DNA of 63,335 nucleotides, the filler included. It is 6 parts of 6 records of this genome, joined end to end, with 100 filler letters (N's around TTAATTAATTAA, not from the genome) between each part and the next. Parts side by side here need not be neighbours in the genome. Positions count along the whole stretch, not along the records: positions 58,088 to 63,335 come from DRR378314_2185; 5 more parts are not named here. The stretch is one strand, 5' to 3'. The position numbers and the translations under genes are program-made. Of this stretch, positions 58,088-63,335 are shown in pieces. A model generated the notes under the pieces. It ran no database searches and was not told the DNA's origin. It saw only the letters and a program-made list of their open reading frames with translations. Each line of letters opens with the position of its first letter. The first letter of the stretch is position 1.

Positions 58088-61000
58088 TGCGGACACGTTC
58101 TTGAACGCCAGCGTGGTATGCCGTGTATCAACAGGCAGCTGCGACGCAGCGGAAAACTGCACGGGCTCGAGCGCGTCGTGCCCTGCAGATGCTTTCTTGG
58201 ACAGCAGCGTGGTGTGTCGCTCTGCAGCAGGGCCCTGCGATGTACCCGAGTCTTGCGACGGGGTGCAGGCAGCTTGTCCGGTGAATCGCTTTGCAAACAG
58301 CAGCGTAGTTTGTCGAGCTTCTGCAGGGAAGTGCGACATTGCAGAAACGTGCACGGGAGCCAGTACCCAGTGCCCTCGGGATCAGCTGCACAGTGCGGGA
58401 ACCGTGTGCAGAGCGGCGGCGGGCCCGTGTGATCTGGCCGAGAACTGCACAGGCTCGAGCGCGGCGTGTCTGCCCGACTCCTATCGAGTGAATGGCAGTG
58501 CGTGCCTGCCACCCGACGGCGGGCCTCAGTTTGATCGTCCTGGAGCATGCCAAAGTGGCGTTTGCGAACCTCAGACCGCTCGCTGTGGAGATGGAGTAGT
58601 CGATGACGGCGAAGAGTGCGATGGTGGGGTTTGCTGCACAGTATCGTGCACGTTTAAGCCCATGTCGCAGCCCTGCCGTGCGGCTGCGGGGCCTTGCGAT
58701 GTCGCAGAATATTGCACTGGCACGTCTGCGCTTTGTCCCGTGAATCAGCTGTTGCCTAGCACGAGCGAGTGTCGCCCGGCGGGCGGGCCGTGTGATGTTA
58801 CAGAGTTTTGTACAGGGCTGTCGCCGAACTGCCCATCGAATATGTTCCGAAACAGCAGCACGGTATGCCGCATGGCGGTGGGGCTGTGCGATGTCGCAGA
58901 GCACTGTCCTGGAACGGTGGCGGAGTGCCCTGCCGATGCTGTTCAGCCGGATGGGAGTGTGTGCCGAAGCGCCAGTGCACCCTGCGAGCTAGATGCGACT
59001 TGTAATGGCAATAGCTCTAGCTGTCCGTCATTGAATCCGTTGGCCTCGTCTGCAACGGTGTGCAGAGCTACGCAGGGGCCGTGCGACGAGGCAGAGCGCT
59101 GCAACGGCACCTCGCGTGAATGCCCGCCTGATGAGTTCGCGCCCGCAACGCAAGTCTGCCGGGCGGCGGCAAGCTCGTGCGACCTGGCGGAAACGTGTAC
59201 CGGGAATTCGTCGGCTTGCCCAGCAAATGCGTTTGCGGCAAATGGCACTGTTTGTGGGACCACGGGTAACGGTCGATGCACGGGAGCTTCTGCAGTATGT
59301 CGCGGCGATGTGTACTTTTGCGGCGACGGAGCCGTCGGGCCTGGCGAGGAATGCGACGGCGGCCTGTGCTGCACAGCCAACTGTACCTTGAAGAACAGCA
59401 CAGTGGAGTGCCGAGCGGCTGCGGGTCCGTGTGACGTTGCGGAAATGTGCTCGGGATCGAGTGCGTTTTGCCCAGACGATGCGCTGCGCAATCGCACATT
59501 CATTTGCCGCCCTGCCACTGGGCCGTGCGACCTTGCAGAAACATGCACTGGGGCAAGTACTGCGTGCCCTGCGGATGTTCTGCGGAACAGCTCGTTCGTA
59601 TGCCGCGAAGCTGCTGGCTTGTGCGATATAGCTGAACACTGCACTGGAGCGAGCGGTGTGTGCCCGCCGGATGCGCTGCGGCCGGTGGGTCATGTCTGCC
59701 GTGCCGCGGCAGGGCTGTGCGATCTTGCAGAGTCGTGCTCCGGAGTGGGGGCAGGATGCCCTCCCGACGCGCTCCGCGGCAACGGCACTCTCTGCCGGCC
59801 TGCCGCTGGCGTTTGCGACATTGCAGAATACTGCAACGGAACGTCTGTTTCGTGTCCACTGAATGCGTTTCTGCCTTCAACACACACCTGCCGAAACGCC
59901 TCGGCGCTGTGCGATGCGCCGGAGAACTGCACGGGCGTGTCGCCAAGCTGTCCGTCGGACTCGTTCCTGCCGCCGACCGCCGTCTGCCGGCCTGCAGCCG
60001 GGGTGTGCGATGCTCCCGAGCACTGCCTTGGCAACTCGTCGGCGTGCCCGCCTGATGTATTTTTTGGATTCGATCAGCCATGTAATAGGACGGACCAGTG
60101 TGGGTTTCCTTTGCGCTGTTCTGGCACCAGCGCCACGGAGTGCACAGTGTGCGTGCCAGGTGAAGAATTCCGCAAGGATCGGTGCCAGCCGTGCAAGATT
60201 GGCACATATGGCCCATCTGGTGTTTCGTGCGCCGCCTGTCCCAATGGAGCGCGTTGTCCAGCGCCAGCAACGACGATTGCGTCACTCGAGACGCGCGCAG
60301 GATTTTGGCGAAGCGGTATTCAGGCAACGACGTTTTTCGAGTGCGAGCGCGCTGCGGCATGCCCTGGGGGAGCCGGTGCGGCCAACGCCACGTGTGCCTC
60401 TGGGCATGCGGGGCCCGTTTGTGCGCTCTGCGATGAAGACCACTTCCGTGTTGGCGAATTGTGTCTGTCGTGCCCGTCCGAGAGTGCCTCGATTGTTGGT
60501 CTCCTGGCCATTGTAGTTGTGCTTGGCAGCTTCCTGGCGCTGCTGTTCCGCGCTGATGCGCCAAAGTACGACGACTTTGACGGCGCAGCCGAGCAGGGCG
60601 GCGGGACGTTTGCAAACGCAGTGCAACGCGACAGCGGCGTTATGGGGGCGATACGGTCGCGTGTGACGAAGCCGCGCGACAGCCGCACAACGGTCACGTT
60701 TGCCAAAGTGTTCATCGGGTTTCTTCAGGTCCTCGCCGCCGCGTCAGCTCTCGACATTCCGTGGCCGGAAGCGTTTGATTTCCTCGGTGCCCTGGCAGGG
60801 GTAGTACAGCTGGACTTTATACAGGTATCATCGCTCGAGTGTTTGCGGTCGTCGCCGCTGTCCCTCGAAGCATTGATGGCACTAACAATCACGATTCCCA
60901 CGGGTATCGCCTTGCTGCTCCGCATTCAGTTTATGTTTGCAGTGGGCCGTTCTGGACCGGGCGAGGGCGAGCGCCACCGAGCGCGTTTCTGGAAGAATAT

Positions 61001-61802
61001 CGCGCTCCTGTGCCTTGCCGTGTATCCGGCAGTGTCTCGCCGCGCTTTGGAGGCGTACCCGTGTCGCACTGTGAGCGGCACGCGGTATGTGCGCGCGGAC
61101 TTCTCGCTCCTCTGCGACGGCGAAACGCACCGCCGCTTGGTCGGCGGAGGTGCTCTTATAACCGCGGTGGTCACGCTGGGCCTGCCGTCCCTGGTGCTGT
61201 GGTACCTGCGGAAGCACAGAAACGAGCTCGGAGTGCCGGAAGTTTTGTCTCGAGTCGGCCTACTGACCATGGATTATCGCCGCTCGTTCCCGTACTGGGA
61301 AGTAGTGCGCGCGCTCCACAAGGTCGCGTACTGGGTGGTTGTGGCCCTCATTCCCGGCGAAAGTGCAACCCAGGCAGTCGCTGCGTACCTGTTATCTCTT
61401 GTTTCTCTCATGGGACACCTTGTTGCGAGACCGTTTGTCACACACGAGGGAAACGCCCTTGAGTTTGCCGCTCTGGTGGCCGAGTACGTCACCTTTTTCC
61501 TGGGCTTGTTGCTTCGCGTTAGCGTCACGGAGGAGGGTGGTCTCACCGCCACTGTCGGGCTCCTTCTGGTCAATCTCGTGGTGATTTTGTTTTTAGGCCG
61601 CGCTATGCTCGTCTCGCTCCGTATCACTGGGAGCGTTATTGCATCAGCGACAGGAGCCTTGTTCCGCGGATGCGGCAGGTTCCTCGCGTGGCTTTCGGGT
61701 GGTCGCGGGCGCAGCAGGAGACGTGGTGCGGAGGAAGGGCATTTTGCGCTGGAAACAATTCCTATGCCCCGCCACGAGGAAGGGGGCCCTTCGCTCTCGT
61801 AG
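58088..61802 (+). CDS. Large surface protein (5'-truncated): disintegrin-like repeats + Cys-rich stalk + multi-pass TM domain
   Basis: 17 copies of ~32-aa CRxxxGxCDxxExCxGxxxxCP; two CGDG-x4-GEECD headers; CxxCxxGTY/CPGG/GHxGPxC stalk; about 9 hydrophobic segments; no intron in 3.7 kb. Confidence 0.88.
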
Positions 61803-63304
61803 AATCACATGCTCCGCGTCAGCTCTGTGGCTCGCGTTTGAGGCTCGCTTCGCTTGAAGGAGTGCCAAGGTTACGAGTTGCTTGGCATGTGGTTGTGAGT
61901 GGTTGGGCTCGCATGTGACTCTGCACGAACGTATCCGGTGTACGGTAGTCGCTTGCGTCCTGTTCTGCGTCTGCGGCTGTCGCAAGGGCACTGGAAAGCG
62001 AGCGGTCGAACCACTCGTGTATGTCGCGGCGGCGCTGCGGTTGTGCCGTGGGGGCCTACGTGCGCGCTCCCACCCGGTGTTCAAAAGCATGGCGTGATTA
62101 TGCGCGTCTGTGCGCGATACGGGGAATGGGTTTGGTGCACAGAAGTATGCTATGTTTTGCTGCCGTGGGTTGGTATGTTTCGTCCGGGTTCTCGTCTGCG
62201 CAGTTGGTTTTTGGCATCGGTCAGGACTGGCGCACCATCGAGATTCCGACGGACGATATCGGCATCAGTTGGTTCGACCTGCGTTAATTATCCCGCGTCG
62301 ATAGTTGCCGTGCCGAAATCATGGTTTCGTGTGTAGCTGTTCGAGAATGTGACGTATCCTCGCACCTATGGCTGCCCGCCTTGGTTTCTTTGCAAACTTG
62401 GCAAGCAATGGAGAGAGTGGGGTTGGGCGGTTGTGTGCAGTACGTGATGGGGCAGCGTTGGTGTGGAAAAGTGGCACGGAAAGGTAATTTCCAAAACAAG
62501 ATTTAATGCTGAAACATGTGCGATGGCGCTGGACGCGCCAAAGAGCGAACAGCGCGGCGGTTGTTGTCTTATCGTTGCTGCTCGATCTTCTCCTATCGGC
62601 GACAGCAAGAGCGCGCTGTGGAGTACATGGCGCTAATTTAATTCGATACTACCTGTCCTTTGTGAATCGATGAGATATTGCGCTGTCTATCGTTGCAAAT
62701 GGCGCACTATAGTGATTAATTATTTGTCCGCAGGCATGCTTTTTCGCTTGCGTTTGAGAAAGGTTTGCTGGATCGTTGTTCTTTTTTTTTGTGTGTTTGT
62801 GGGGGCGCGGGGGGTACAGACGTTGTGGGGCCCTTTTTGTTTTTCTGTGTCGGCGGGATATTGTCGAGGGTGTGATTCTTTTGCGGCCCGATTCCGCTGA
62901 ATCCCTGGTAATTTGATTTTGGCGATTTGTTTTGTCATGTCAATTTCATAAATGTGACGCCACCATTTCCAGCCTCCTGCTGCTAGGTTATTATTCGTCT
63001 TTCCTACTCGCCCGCTGTACATTTGAACTGAGCGGATTCTGCATGCGCGAGGTCCTTCACATTCGCCCTTTGTGAAGCGCGAACTAACACCCCGATCAAG
63101 GTATGCAGAAGCATGGCCTCTCGGGGTCACTCTGCACAAAGTGTCCAAGAGATGACCCGCTATGCGCCACAAACCTCTCTCCGTAACGAATACGCAAATG
63201 CACCTCTTATTTCAGCACAGTCTTAATTCTTTAGCAGTGTGTTGTTCGGAAACGGGCCTGGGTGTGGGGGGAGGCAGTGATTGAAGGTATTCTGACCGGC
63301 GATT

Positions 63305-63335
63305 CGATGCGATGCGATGCGATGCGATGCGGTGC
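63305..63335. repeat. (CGATG)5/CGGTG microsatellite at window end
   Basis: Visible directly. Confidence 0.85.

Noticed and set aside
58100-60100. CRISPR-like periodic DNA repeats (~96 bp)
   Set aside because: The periodicity reflects degenerate protein-coding Cys repeats; there are no identical direct repeats with unique spacers and no cas genes.

Overview
This window is not one locus. It is six contigs joined by identical 100-bp artificial linkers (N44-TTAATTAATTAA-N44). (1) 1-18676: intron-rich, GC-rich eukaryote, probably a heterotrophic protist, with five spliced genes read by hand: UBLCP1, CWC27, UROS, ALAD and CDC20. The two heme-pathway genes are adjacent. (2) 18777-32067: AT-rich Flavobacteriaceae-like contig. 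It opens with an operon-like run of a collagen-like protein, three signal-peptide-bearing phage-tail-fibre-like proteins and a type-B T9SS-CTD protein, followed by housekeeping genes (M15 and M48 peptidases, gpmI, map, apbE, nqrF). (3) 32168-42021: Marinobacter-like contig (acyl-CoA ligase, LysR, SLT-like protein, M24 hydrolase, ppiC, ABC-F). (4) 42122-51091: Halomonas-like cobalamin uptake/salvage region (btuBFCD, B12 riboswitch, cbiB-cobD-cobU-cobS-cobC) with a toxin-antitoxin pair wedged in. (5) 51192-57987: eukaryotic spliced GH31 glycosidase. (6) 58088-63335: eukaryotic intronless ORF with at least 17 disintegrin-like repeats fused to a multi-pass membrane domain. The best candidate for an undescribed system is the Flavobacteriaceae secreted tail-fibre/collagen + type-B CTD cluster. 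Taxonomic labels are judgements from gene content and composition, not database results.
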